64,000 nt of DNA, taken from contig BROI01000026.1 in assembly GCA_027923505.1 (NCBI GenBank), forward strand, positions 1 through 64,000, given 5' to 3'. The notes beneath the pieces are model-generated. The model ran no database searches and had not been told where the DNA came from. It saw only the letters and a list, made by a program, of their open reading frames with translations. This DNA is from Mayamaea pseudoterrestris (lineage: Eukaryota). The translations under genes and the position numbers were made by a program. Positions 46,252-56,737 of this stretch are shown here, in pieces. Numbering within the stretch: the stretch's first letter is position 1; each line of letters opens with the position of its first letter.

Positions 46252-49200
46252 ATGAGGCGCCACATCACACCTTTTACGTTGCTCATCTTGTTGACGCATT
46301 GTTCACTGATCGAGTCGTTTAGTACAGTCTCGTCCTTGTATTTGGATCAAATTGCTGCCATAACACGACGAAGAAATTACGAAGGAGCAACAGCTGCAGC
46401 AGCCGATGCTCGAACGAAACAATCTGAACGAGACGTACGAAACAGCATGGAGGAGACTCAAGCACGATTCGAAACGACAAAGACTGCAACAGATTATGAT
46501 GATGCATCCATGAAGAGACCACCACTGGCTCTATTGTCTACGAAACCACTTGGTCCCCGGCAATACTGGGGTGCAGCAGCACCTCGGCAGTCGACAGCCG
46601 CAACAATGACTACCGACAACGTTGCCGGACGACTGGAAGGCGACCATCCCATGACTCCCCGACGGCAAGAAAAGGAGTTGGCGTCACGATACGATATCTT
46701 CAAGCGGCGCAACGCAATGAAAGCAGCCGGCTATCTTGGTTCCATTTCCAACCATGGGGGCAAGCACTCGCCCAAGGCAATTTATGCGCCAACAATGTTA
46801 GGGAAACGACGCTATCGGATCATTCAATCGAATGGCTTTTTGGATCAACTTGCAGCAACAAACGTAGTGCAGTCGGTGTCAACGAGTGATAACGATGGTG
46901 CAGCAATGGCTGATGTGGAGGCGGAGGCATTGCCACTGCCAGCGACGCGAGTTGCACCCGCAACAATGATTGGCGATGCAGCACCAAACATGCATGTCAG
47001 CGACGAGTTGCATCTGGATATAGACTCAGCAATCAAGTATACACAAGAGGCGCCGTTCAGTGGTACTACAGAGGCAGCTGTTTCGGAACAATGGTCTGCC
47101 GAGACGTTTCCTTGGAACGAGTTTCGAGTCAATCTTCGAGTGCGGCAACCTCCAAGCCAAGCGCCACATGCAACATCAATGGTTGTCAACAAGACGACAG
47201 AAGCAGTCACCTTGCATGATCTCCAGCATTTTCCAACTCGGGTTCGACCATCGCAACGGGTGGTCAGACGAAACATAACTGCGGCGGATGAAAGTGGTGA
47301 AACGGACATTGAGGCAGCAGGAGTAAAACCAGCCAATACCGACTCAGCCGCAACCGTAAAAGCCTTGCCGGAATTTAAAGTCAATGTCCGGACCAGAGCG
47401 TCAACGAGACGAGTCGGAACCACTGACGTGTCCAGTAACAGTGGAGCTGCAATGCTGGCGAGCAAGCAAAACGTGCTGGCCAGAAATGCATCGATGGCTA
47501 TCTTGCCGGCTTTCAAAGTTGGCATCCGCGCCAGACATGTGTATGCGGAACGTGTCAATCAACAGATTATACTTGCTTCAAATGTCACTAACTCTACGGC
47601 GTCGATAACGACGAAACTGATAGAGTTGTCCGCAAGCACGGCCAATATGGCGACGTTCAAAGTCGGTGTCCGCGCCAGAACATCAAAATTGAAGAGTGAC
47701 GAGGCTTTGAATCTTACCGAATCGAATGACGCTGACAGCGCATCAACTCAAAAGACGCGGCAATCAGCGTCTTTGTCGGAGCTCGGCTCATTGTACACGC
47801 TACCTGCATTCAAAGTGGGTCTGCGTGTCAGAGCATCGAAAGCAATCACACATCAATCGAATGCAACGACCGTCTCGCAAGCTCGAGGTAGCACTGTTGA
47901 TGAGAAAGGGCTTTACAACTCATTACGAGAGTTTACGGTCGGAATCAGACAGTTGCGGGTGGTCGACAAGATTGTTCCCGTGGCTCATGATTTGCAGTTG
48001 TCTCATGCTCAAGAAAGTGTCGCGCCATTTAGAGAACGAATCACTAACATTGCTACCGACGCAAACACTCTTGTGAATGTTCCTTCAACTTATATTTCGC
48101 ATGCATCGACGGATGACGACAGAGATGGCAAGGAATCGAATGTTGCAAGCGCAATGCATACCATTCAGCAATCCACGGAAATTGATGACACTCTTGCACA
48201 ATTTGTTGCAAACGCTGCTACGAATCCGTTGCACAATGACCAAACAGTAGATAAACCATTGCCGAACGACTTTGCTTCTCTGAAATTGAGTAGCAATCCT
48301 GTTAAAAGCTTGGAGATGAGGAATGTCGACGTCGCTAATTCGCCAGTGGCGTTTAAGCTTGCTGATGCTGCGTCAGGTTTCGACGTTGGAACGATGCAAC
48401 AAAGGGAGGATGTATCTGACTGTGTTGGTCAACGCGCGACAGACGGCTTAGTTGAGAAAACAATGGACGACGAGGCATTTGGATTGCCCATCCAATCAAT
48501 CTACGACGCAGATAATGACATACGGCAGAGGAATGACGCCGCGAATGGCGTTTATACAGCAAGTCCGAAGATGGCGCATATCACAGCTGAAACACAAGCA
48601 GCCGACACTGCTTTTGATAGCGCATCCAATTCAGATAGTCGTCATCATCAGCTGGCTGAGCATGAGCTCGATAGGCCAACTGGATTTCGTAAGTCAATGG
48701 AAGCACAACCAACAACGTCAGTTGCCATTCCACTTAATTTCAACGTACATGACCATGTTGGATGGAGTTTGCCCGCGCCGCATTTTGATGATCAAGCGAG
48801 CGTACATATTAACGGTTGTCGAGAGGTGATATCTGCAACGCAGAAAATTAAAATCAAACACGAAATTAGTGTTTTCAGTGAGCCGAGAAATGATGATTCA
48901 ATGAAGCCAAAGAATGACGTTTGTTCAATGATGCCATTTAACGAAGCACCGTAACCGTCCTTCCGAACAGCGACAACCAATAAGAACAGACTACTGGACG
49001 AAGAGGGTATAGAGAAAATAAGGGTCATCAATCCGCAGTCGCCAGCAATCCCGGCGACTACGTGTGCCCTTCGCGATTCTTCAGTAAACATACACGATCC
49101 TTTTCCAAGGCGAGCGTATGACGAATGGTCTGACAGTCCAGTCATTCTATCGCGTGCTGATTCTGCATCAAGTTTTTTAGAAACAGTTACCGACGATATT

Positions 49201-50156
49201 TATAACAGTCAAGGTGGAGCAATAAAAAAGGTCGACCGCTTGGTACGTAACTGCTAGATGATAAATAGGAAGAAGATAACAATTTACTTACCTCGTAATA
49301 TTTCACACGACAGATGCAGCTGGAGGAGCGACTACGAAAGCTAGAGCAGCGGGGGTTAGCGGAGTCGTTGATAATACCTCGCGTCTCGTCTCCAAATGGT
49401 ATGCAAATGGCCAGAGGGAGCTTGATTACAGAAAAGATAGCCGGAGCAGCAACACCATCCGTTGCGATTGCTGGTAAGTGTACAAAACTGGAGGTTCATG
49501 GAGGATCCTTGAAGACATGGTCATACGCACATCCTTCTGTCAAGCGCATTCATGTTGTCTTGATGACTGAAGGCCGACCGCTTCATGCAGATGTCGCCTT
49601 GTGGCAGGGACCAAGTAACACGCCATGTAAAATGCGTATCTTTTGCGAAGATGGAGCCGAGCGCCCATTCAGCACCGTAATTGAGACCCCAAACAGTCCA
49701 AACACGATTAGCATTCGCAATTCCGGCAATGTGGAGCTCCCCTTGTCAGCTCAAGTCCTTGCTGAAGACGTAGGTAACCTTTCTTCGCTGCCGTCTTTCC
49801 CAAACTGCGATTTGGAAGTTGATCCAGTAACCATACAAGGTGGAGCGGTCCGCACATATCCTTTTGAAACGATTGTTGAAAGCGTCCAAATTGTTTTACA
49901 GTCCGATGGACGCCCCTTGTACGCCCAGATTGAGATTTTACAAGGACCAAGCAGCAATAAGCAAGTTGTGGATGTTTATACGGAAGATGGAACCACTCGT
50001 CCATTCTTCATGGTGGTAGAGACCCCAGGAAATGGAAATGCGGTTCGTATTGTCAACTCTGGCAGCATCGAATTTCCATTCGTTGCGAGTGTACAACCAT
50101 TTACATTTGGAATACTATCGTCGTCAATTGAACCCGTTATTGGTGGCGACTGGTGA
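46252..50156 (+). CDS. Putative single gene: plastid-type presequence, long low-complexity region with FKVGxRxR repeats and C-terminal PyShell-like double beta domain; one in-frame TAA at 48952-48954; intron 49243-49313
   Basis: ATG 46252 gives MRRHITPFTLLILLTHCSLIES-F. After the TAA the same frame stays open for 96 codons up to the donor GTACGT at 49243. Acceptor CAG at 49311-49313 precedes MQLEERL, matching the intron position before RRLEERL in paralog 60298-61726. Duplicated domain (Q/H)GG..(K/R)T..GRPL.A...QGP..RPF...ETP...E(F/L)P. Confidence 0.7.
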
Positions 50157-50649
50157 AATTTTTTGGTGATTTTAGCTTACATGTTCGCCGATAGCATGGT
50201 CGTCATAATTATTTTGATTGCGAAGCGACGTTGACCAAGGGAAAACTGCAGCTGTCTAAGGTGTTCGGGACGACCGTTCAGATTAGGTCGTGCAGCAACT
50301 GTCATTAAGTTTGCGCATGAGGTTACAGCCTGTAAGGAGAGCCAAGTCGAAAGCCGTAAGCTGTGTCACAGACGAGATGCTCAGGATCCCATGCACCATC
50401 ACTTGCGAGTACTTGAGATCTTTAACATTTCTACGGCTTTGTCGGGGTCACCAACATTGTTGACTCGGCTTTTTCGTGTACGAAGTATGGAAGTACAACT
50501 AGCAATAGAAAAAGCTGTACATAATTGATACAAAAAGAGGATTTGTAAGGATACAACTTAATGCATGTAGAGCCATTTCTTTACGTTTGTAAACACACAA
50601 ACTCCTAAGTCCCATCCACAGAAGCTGGCTCCGAACCAGGCCTAAGACA

Positions 50650-51770
50650 ATACATTGATAGCTGGCAGTTGGCAGGAATTGTTTCATGCTGTTAAAAAAT
50701 GCAATGCAGTCATCACTAGCCAATGCAGTCTCCAATATCTGCCAGTAGGACTGCCAGAATTTTGTGGCCTCAGGCTTCTCCGCAGTAGCTGGCTGCCATG
50801 ACTCACTCCAACAACCAGAAAGGTATACACTGATAGCTGGCAGTTTGCAGGCATTGTTTTATGATGTAGAAAGTGCAATGCATTCATTACAAGCCTATCT
50901 AGTCTCCAAGTTCAAACACAGGGACTGCCTCAATTTGGTGGCCCCAGGCTTGTCCACAGTCGGTGACTGCCATAACCCACTCCAATGACCAGAGAGGTAT
51001 ACATTGACAGCTGGCAGTTGACAGGCATTGTTTCATGATGTAGAAAGTGCAATGCATTCATCACTAGCCCATGCAGTCTCCAAGTTCTGCCAGTGGGACT
51101 GCCAGAATTTGGTGGCCCCAGGCTTGTTTACAGTCAGTGACTGCCACGACCCACTCCAACAGCCCTAGAGGTGTACATTGACAGCTGGCAGTTGACAGGC
51201 ATTGTTTCATGACGAAGAAAGTGCAATGCATTCATCACTAGCCCATGCCGTCTCCAAGTTCTGCCAGTAAGACTGCCAAAATTCTGTGGCCCCAGGCTTG
51301 TCCACAGTTGGTGGCTACCATGACCCTCTCCAACAGCCAGAGACATATACATTGATAGTGGCAGTTGACAGGCATTGTTTCATTATGTAGACAGTGCAAT
51401 GCATTCATCACCAGCCCATGCAGTCTCCAAGTTTACCCACAGGGACTGCCTCAATTTGGTGGCCCCAGTCTTGTTTACAGCTGGTGACAGCCATAACCCA
51501 CTCAAACGGCCAGAGAGGTATAACTTGATAGCTAGCAGCTGACAGGCATTGTTTTATGATGTAGACAGTGCAATGCATTCATCACCAGCCCATGCAGTCT
51601 CCAAGTTTAACCACAGGGACTGCCAGAATTCTGTGGCCCCAGGCTTGTTTACAGTCAGTGACTGCCATAACCCACTCCAATGGCCAGAGAGGTATAACTT
51701 GATAGCTAGCAGTTAACAGGCATTGTTTCATGATGTAGAAAGTGCAATGCATTCATCATTAGCCCATGGG
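50650..51770. repeat. Tandem satellite C, ~174-bp monomer, ~6.5 diverged copies
   Basis: TACATTGA(T/C)AGCTGGCAGTTGACAGGCATTGTTT recurs at ~50650, 50825, 50999, 51173, 51347, 51520 and 51694. Confidence 0.93.
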
Positions 51771-53290
51771 TACCATGCCCTGGCCACCCAACAACCCAAT
51801 GAGTCAGGCAAAACCTGTTCAGGGTATGCCATTGACAGGTGCAGAGTCTCAAAATGGTGCAAAAAGGACTGCCTGGAGGCTGACACCATGGTTACGGCCT
51901 CCACTGTGGGTATGGCCAACACCACAAGTTGTAGTTTCTTACCTGTCAAAAGCCCCATGCCCTGGCCACCCAACAACCCAATGAGTCAGGCAAAACCTGT
52001 CCAGGGTATGCCATTGACAGGTGCAGAGTCTCAAATGGGGCAAAAAGGACTGCCTGGAGGCTGACACCATGGTTACGGCCTCCACTGTGGGTATGGCCAA
52101 CACCACAAGTTTTAGATTCTTACCTATCAAACGCCCCATGCCCTGGCCACCCAAGAACCCAATGAGTCAGGCAAAACCTGTCCAGGGTATGCCATTGGTG
52201 CAGAGTCTCAAATGGTGCAAAAAGGACTGCCTGGAGGCTGACACCATGGTTACGGCCTCCACTGTGGGTATGGCCAACACCACAAATTGTAGATTCTTAC
52301 CTGTCAAACACCCCATGCCCTGGCCACCCAACAACCCAATGAGTCAGGCAAAACCTGTTCAGGGTATGCCATTGACAGGTGCAGAGTCTCAAAATGGTGC
52401 AAAAAACATGGCATCCTCCATGGATAGGCCCGCACCCTTGAGAAACAACCCATACTGCAAGTGCCCCCAGTGGCACAAGTCTCGGTCATGCTTAAGACCA
52501 GTCTGTAGTTGGTGCACGCAGAGCGGCATGTGTGACTGCAAGGAAGAAACGGTAGCCGCCATGAGTGTCACTCCGTGCATTGATCCATCCATGCCAGTTA
52601 ATTCCGGCTTGGCCAAGCATTGGTGCAAGTTTTGAAGTAGCAATCAAATGTGAGGTCCCATGCTGGCCATCTTGTTGTGCGAAAGTAGTGCCAAGCTTTA
52701 GACAGTTCCATGCGACACTTGGCAACACCACAAGTTGTATATTCTGACCTGCCAAACGCCCCATGCCCTGGCCACCCAAATACCCAATGAGTCAGGCAAA
52801 ACATATCCAGGGTATGCCATTGACAGGTGCAGAGTCTCAAATAGTGCATAAAGGACTGCCTGGAGACTGACACCATGGGTACGGCCTCCACTGTGGGTAT
52901 GGCCAACACCACAAGTTGTAGTTTCTTACCTGTCAAACGCCCCATGCCCTGGCCACCCAACAACCCAATGAGTCAGGCAATAACTGTCCAGGGTATGTCA
53001 TTGACAGGTGCAGAGTCTCAAATGGTGCAAAAAGGACTGCCTGGAGGCTGACACCATGGGTAGGGTCTCAACAGTGGGAATGGCCAACACCACACGTTTT
53101 AGATTCTTACCTGTCAAACGCCCCATGCCCTGGCCACCCAAATACCCAATGATTCAGACAAAACATGTCCAGGGTGTGCCATCTACAGGTGCAAAATCTC
53201 AAATGGTGCAAAAAGGACTGCCTGGAGGCTGACACCATGGGTGCGGCCTGCACTGTGGGTATGGCCAACACCGCAAGTGTTAGATTATTA
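51771..53290. repeat. Tandem satellite D, ~181-bp monomer, ~6.5 copies interrupted by a ~320-bp non-repeat insert
   Basis: CCATGCCCTGGCCACCCAA at 51773, 51955, 52136, 52313, 52761, 52942 and 53123. Confidence 0.95.
52401..52724 (-). pseudogene. PRIM2: Decayed fragment of DNA primase large subunit (start of the Fe-S C-terminal domain)
   Basis: The minus strand reads AKCRMELSKA, then after frameshifts LLQNLHQCL...SLQSHMPLCVHQLQTGLKHDRDLCHWGHLQYGLFLKGAGLSMEDAMFF. This matches the primase p58 consensus FPxCMRxL...LRHxGRxQYGLFLKGxGLxxExAxxF. Confidence 0.88.
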
Positions 53291-53611
53291 CATTCATTAT
53301 AAAGTGCGAATTGAGAGCAGAAAGGTCAAAGACACGCGCATTGGAAGTTGAAAGCATCCCCTCATGCTAAGTTGTAGCGGTATGACTTAACTATCTGCTT
53401 CTCGCTGCACACGGACGACTGACAAAGGCGGACAACGACGAAAAATTATTGGTAGTGAATGCTATGTTATATGCTACCTACACAGGTCACATAGTTGCCA
53501 ATAATTATAAGCCATCCTCAGTGTTCATTCCTCACTCTGGGCGTCGTCGCTCGCAGCCCCTCCGGAAGCTACAACCTCCAGCGATTTAATGACGCCTTCC
53601 GCAATTTCCTT

Positions 53612-54700
53612 CTAATCAACGTGGTCAATGGCTGGGACGTGAAACCACAGATTATCAGAAATGTCGCGCGGCGTTTCAACTGTAAACTTAGAATATATCT
53701 TGGCATGTTTTGAAGGTGGACAAAAGGAAGCTGCTCTGATCTGCGGATACACTTGGCTAACCGCCGCGAAATATACCGGCCAGCACTCAACTCCCTCATA
53801 GATATCGCGCTCCTCACAGAGCAGTGCCACATACTGCTTGGCTCCTTGGCGAAATTCTAGCTGCACAGCATGGAAAGCATCAAGATAGTTACCATTATTG
53901 ATAAACTTGCTAAACTTGGTTGCTACAGATGACTTTGTTGGGGCCGTTTTGATTTCGTAGACACTCCCGCACTTATCGCACACCATCTTCTTCCAGTACC
54001 GAAATACAACACCTTTCGAGTATCCGTTCCAGCGCAAGGATTCTGCGCCACAGTGGACACACTTGGCGCCATGGCAAGCCTCTTTGCCTACCAATGCTCT
54101 TGCGACAACGCTCCACGAACCAGTATCTTCATCTACGTACTGGCGTCGAAATACCTCGAACACTGGCTCACGGGACCAGCCAAATCTTTCAAATGGATCG
54201 ACATCTGACATCGTAACCCCCAATTCCTCGTAAACTTCTTTTAAGCTGTATTCCTTGTCGTTGAAGTCATATGCAAATGGCGCTTGTTTATTTGGGAGAC
54301 CTGGATAGTCAGTAGCGAGACGGTCAATAATGACAACAAAGCCATTGCCACATTTCTCTAAACTGGCGTTGAATTCTTGGGCCATGACATGTTGAACGGC
54401 GGCTATTGGATCGGCTGGCAGCAACTCCTTAACGTTGGCTGGCTGCCGCTCAATGTTGCATCCGCGACGAATGCCTCGAACAAATGCCAAATTTGCGTCC
54501 CAAAACTTTTCATGCTTTTCATTAAGGTCGCGGTTGACTCCCCATTCCATCAAGCAGCGCTCCAACTGCTCTTCAATGTCCACGGGGCGAACATTGTGAT
54601 TGTAACCTCGTCCGACATTGGCACCGCCACCGCCGCGGGTGCCATGACCTCGTCCTCGTCCACGACCGGTACTTGTCCCGCGCATGTTTTGAGCAAACAT
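53612..54700 (-). CDS. Hypothetical protein with RGG N-terminus and a DpnI-like zinc-ribbon / PD-(D/E)xK-type region
   Basis: GRGRGRG..RGGGG N-terminus. CVHCG...CDKCGSVYEIK resembles the DpnI pattern CPNCG...C..C..E(F/Y)ELK. The frame continues 28 codons past the TAG to a TGA at 53525-53527. Confidence 0.6.
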   Translation of the reverse strand: MFAQNMRGTSTGRGRGRGHGTRGGGGANVGRGYNHNVRPVDIEEQLERCLMEWGVNRDLNEKHEKFWDANLAFVRGIRRGCNIERQPANVKELLPADPIAAVQHVMAQEFNASLEKCGNGFVVIIDRLATDYPGLPNKQAPFAYDFNDKEYSLKEVYEELGVTMSDVDPFERFGWSREPVFEVFRRQYVDEDTGSWSVVARALVGKEACHGAKCVHCGAESLRWNGYSKGVVFRYWKKMVCDKCGSVYEIKTAPTKSSVATKFSKFINNGNYLDAFHAVQLEFRQGAKQYVALLCEERDIYEGVECWPVYFAAVSQVYPQIRAASFCPPSKHAKIYSKFTVETPRDISDNLWFHVPAIDHVD

Positions 54701-55105
54701 GTTGGAGCTATGATGATATATACTTTAGGCAATTCTGAAACCAAGCTGATGATTTGTCTACATTAGCAAGGTGAGAGGATGTGAGGAAACGTGCGACATT
54801 AGCGCCGGTTTTAATGTAAAAAGACGAACGTCGTCAACGCTCACGCCGTAGACTCACCGAGCTAGGGGCACCGAAAAAAACCAAATCGGTCTCATATTAG
54901 CTACACGCAAAGTCGATTGGCGGTTTGCATGCTATAAAGTTGCGTGATTGACCCAGCGAGTGAAGTAAAGGGTGGCACTGTCATGTTGACGCGATAAGAG
55001 TTCGGGGAGTCTCGCCTAGTATACTGTGCAATCTACTCCAAAAGACGTCCAATGACCCTGCTATCTTTTAACGATCCGCCATAGCTGAGTAACAACACAT
55101 TTGGC

Positions 55106-55782
55106 TTACTTTCCCCCGCCAGTGCGACGCGCTATTCGTGTTCCCTGACAATCAATATGATCCCGATCATCCAAGTGAAGCATCTCGGGCGTCTGATAAT
55201 CAGCGATCTGCTCTCCTTTAAAGAAGAATTGAAGCCTATCTCGCGGGACTTTGGGACATTATACAGTGCATACAACTCAGAAACACGAAGCATTTCTGTA
55301 GTCTTCGTCGCAATTTGTAAATATGTCTTTGGAAAAAGCTGTGAACAACAGAGAACTTTATTTGTAAGTCCGAGTCTTCATCCACTGTTAGCAGCCCTTT
55401 CACCGAAGATTGGTGTCCTTGCCGAGCATACGATGCTGATCGTAATCGGTTTCGTAGCATGGGCCGCAGCCATGGCGGCGCTCGCGACGGACATGGAGGC
55501 AATGGCGGCGTTGGCAGCAGCGATTGCATTTTTGGTTAAATCAGCTGCGGCCATATTTTCCATCGCTTTCTCTTCCTTTACAATACATGGGTTACCCATG
55601 GCACCAGACGGAGCTATCGCCAGTAACCTTGCAATGAGGATTTGGTCCTGTCCGACGGTGATGGTTTGATGTTTGATGTGCGCAATGACATCATGGAGAT
55701 GACTCCATCTGTCGCAGCGGCAGACCGAGTTTCGGTACGACTCGACCGAAGCATCCTTGACCGTCAATTCGCTCATCACCAT
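55106..55782 (-). pseudogene. Frameshifted SUMO/Rad60-like ubiquitin-fold gene (not captured by the ORF track)
   Basis: Manual translation of the minus strand: ITISIV...KTYLQIATKTTEMLRVSELYALYN, then after an 8-nt duplication at ~55245-55257 VPRDRLQFFFKGEQIADYQTPEMLHLDDRDHIDC...RTGGGK*. SUMO-type FxFxGxxIxDxQTPxxLxxxDxDxID and TGG are present. Confidence 0.7.
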
Positions 55783-55831
55783 GGTGATTCTGCTGATTCC
55801 AACACCTGCTAAATCAACCAAATAAGTGACC

Positions 55832-56532
55832 ATGCTCTCTTGTATATTCAATAAAACACTGCAATTACGACCAATATGCGTCAAAGCAGTTGCATCACCT
55901 AGCGCAATTTTCTGGAGCAATCCACTGCTGCTCTTGACGCGAAGCAAGCACTCGTCGACTCAAATCAAGCGCATCTTCAACAAGCATCCCGCGCGCGCTC
56001 GGTTCGAACAACGCGAAGGAATCATTCACAAGGACGAACAGCTGCCAAATTATGCGCCGCAGTTTGCTCCCATCTTTGAGCCGGAGCTACTGTCGAACGG
56101 ATGGTCGGCGCCTCCACCAGCGGACGTTGCGGCACGAACAGCAGAGTATCCATTCAAAGTGATGCGAACCAAGAATAAACCAATGGATGCGGCTGGGTTC
56201 CTGCCCGTTTATGCAAAATTTAGGTGAGTGAATTGTAGGGGAAGCAATGAAGCGTGGCAAGAATGCGTCGGCAAGAGCGCGTTTGCGTCGTAGTCATCGT
56301 TTGCTCACTTTCATGTTCACACTTACCTCTTTCATTCTACAGAAAGGACGGCACCAAGGCAGTGACGCGCATCAAAAAGGTTGCCGGTGATCAGACTGCC
56401 TTTTTGCAGGAGCTCATGGCCACGTTGCAGCTGCCGACGAGTCAAGTGCGCGTGCGAACGGGTGGCACCATTGAAGTGAATGGCAATCGAGTACGAGACG
56501 TCAAAAGGTGGCTAGCTGGGCTTGGATTTTGA
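55832..56532 (+). CDS. MRPL49: Mitochondrial ribosomal protein mL49 (IMG2); exons 55832-56223 and 56343-56532
   Basis: The GT..AG intron 56224-56342 gives PFKVMRT...LPVYAKFRKDGTKAVTRIKKVAGD...IEVNG....VKRWLAGLGF, with the family's typical C-terminal WLxxxGF. Confidence 0.85.
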
Positions 56533-56737
56533 ATAAACGCAAAACTTTGATACATCGGTAAATAAGACGTTTAACGCTGTCTATTAACCTTGTAGCTTCC
56601 GTAGCTCCTTCGCGTGGCTCATGCAATTCGATGGCGCCATTTCCTATGGCACAAGTTGTATTATACAAGGTCTTTCCTCATTCATCATGCAACACGCGAC
56701 TCGTCATGCTCTACTCAATTGATTAAGCCAAATCCTT

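Noticed and set aside
27011..53614. Non-standard genetic code (TAA/TAG reassignment)
   Set aside because: RPL6, PSMB4, silicanin-like and other genes end in TAA/TAG at expected positions, and long ORFs are otherwise stop-free.
55157..55669. 170-aa plus-strand hydrophobic ORF
   Set aside because: Antisense to the SUMO-like pseudogene, which explains the sequence better.
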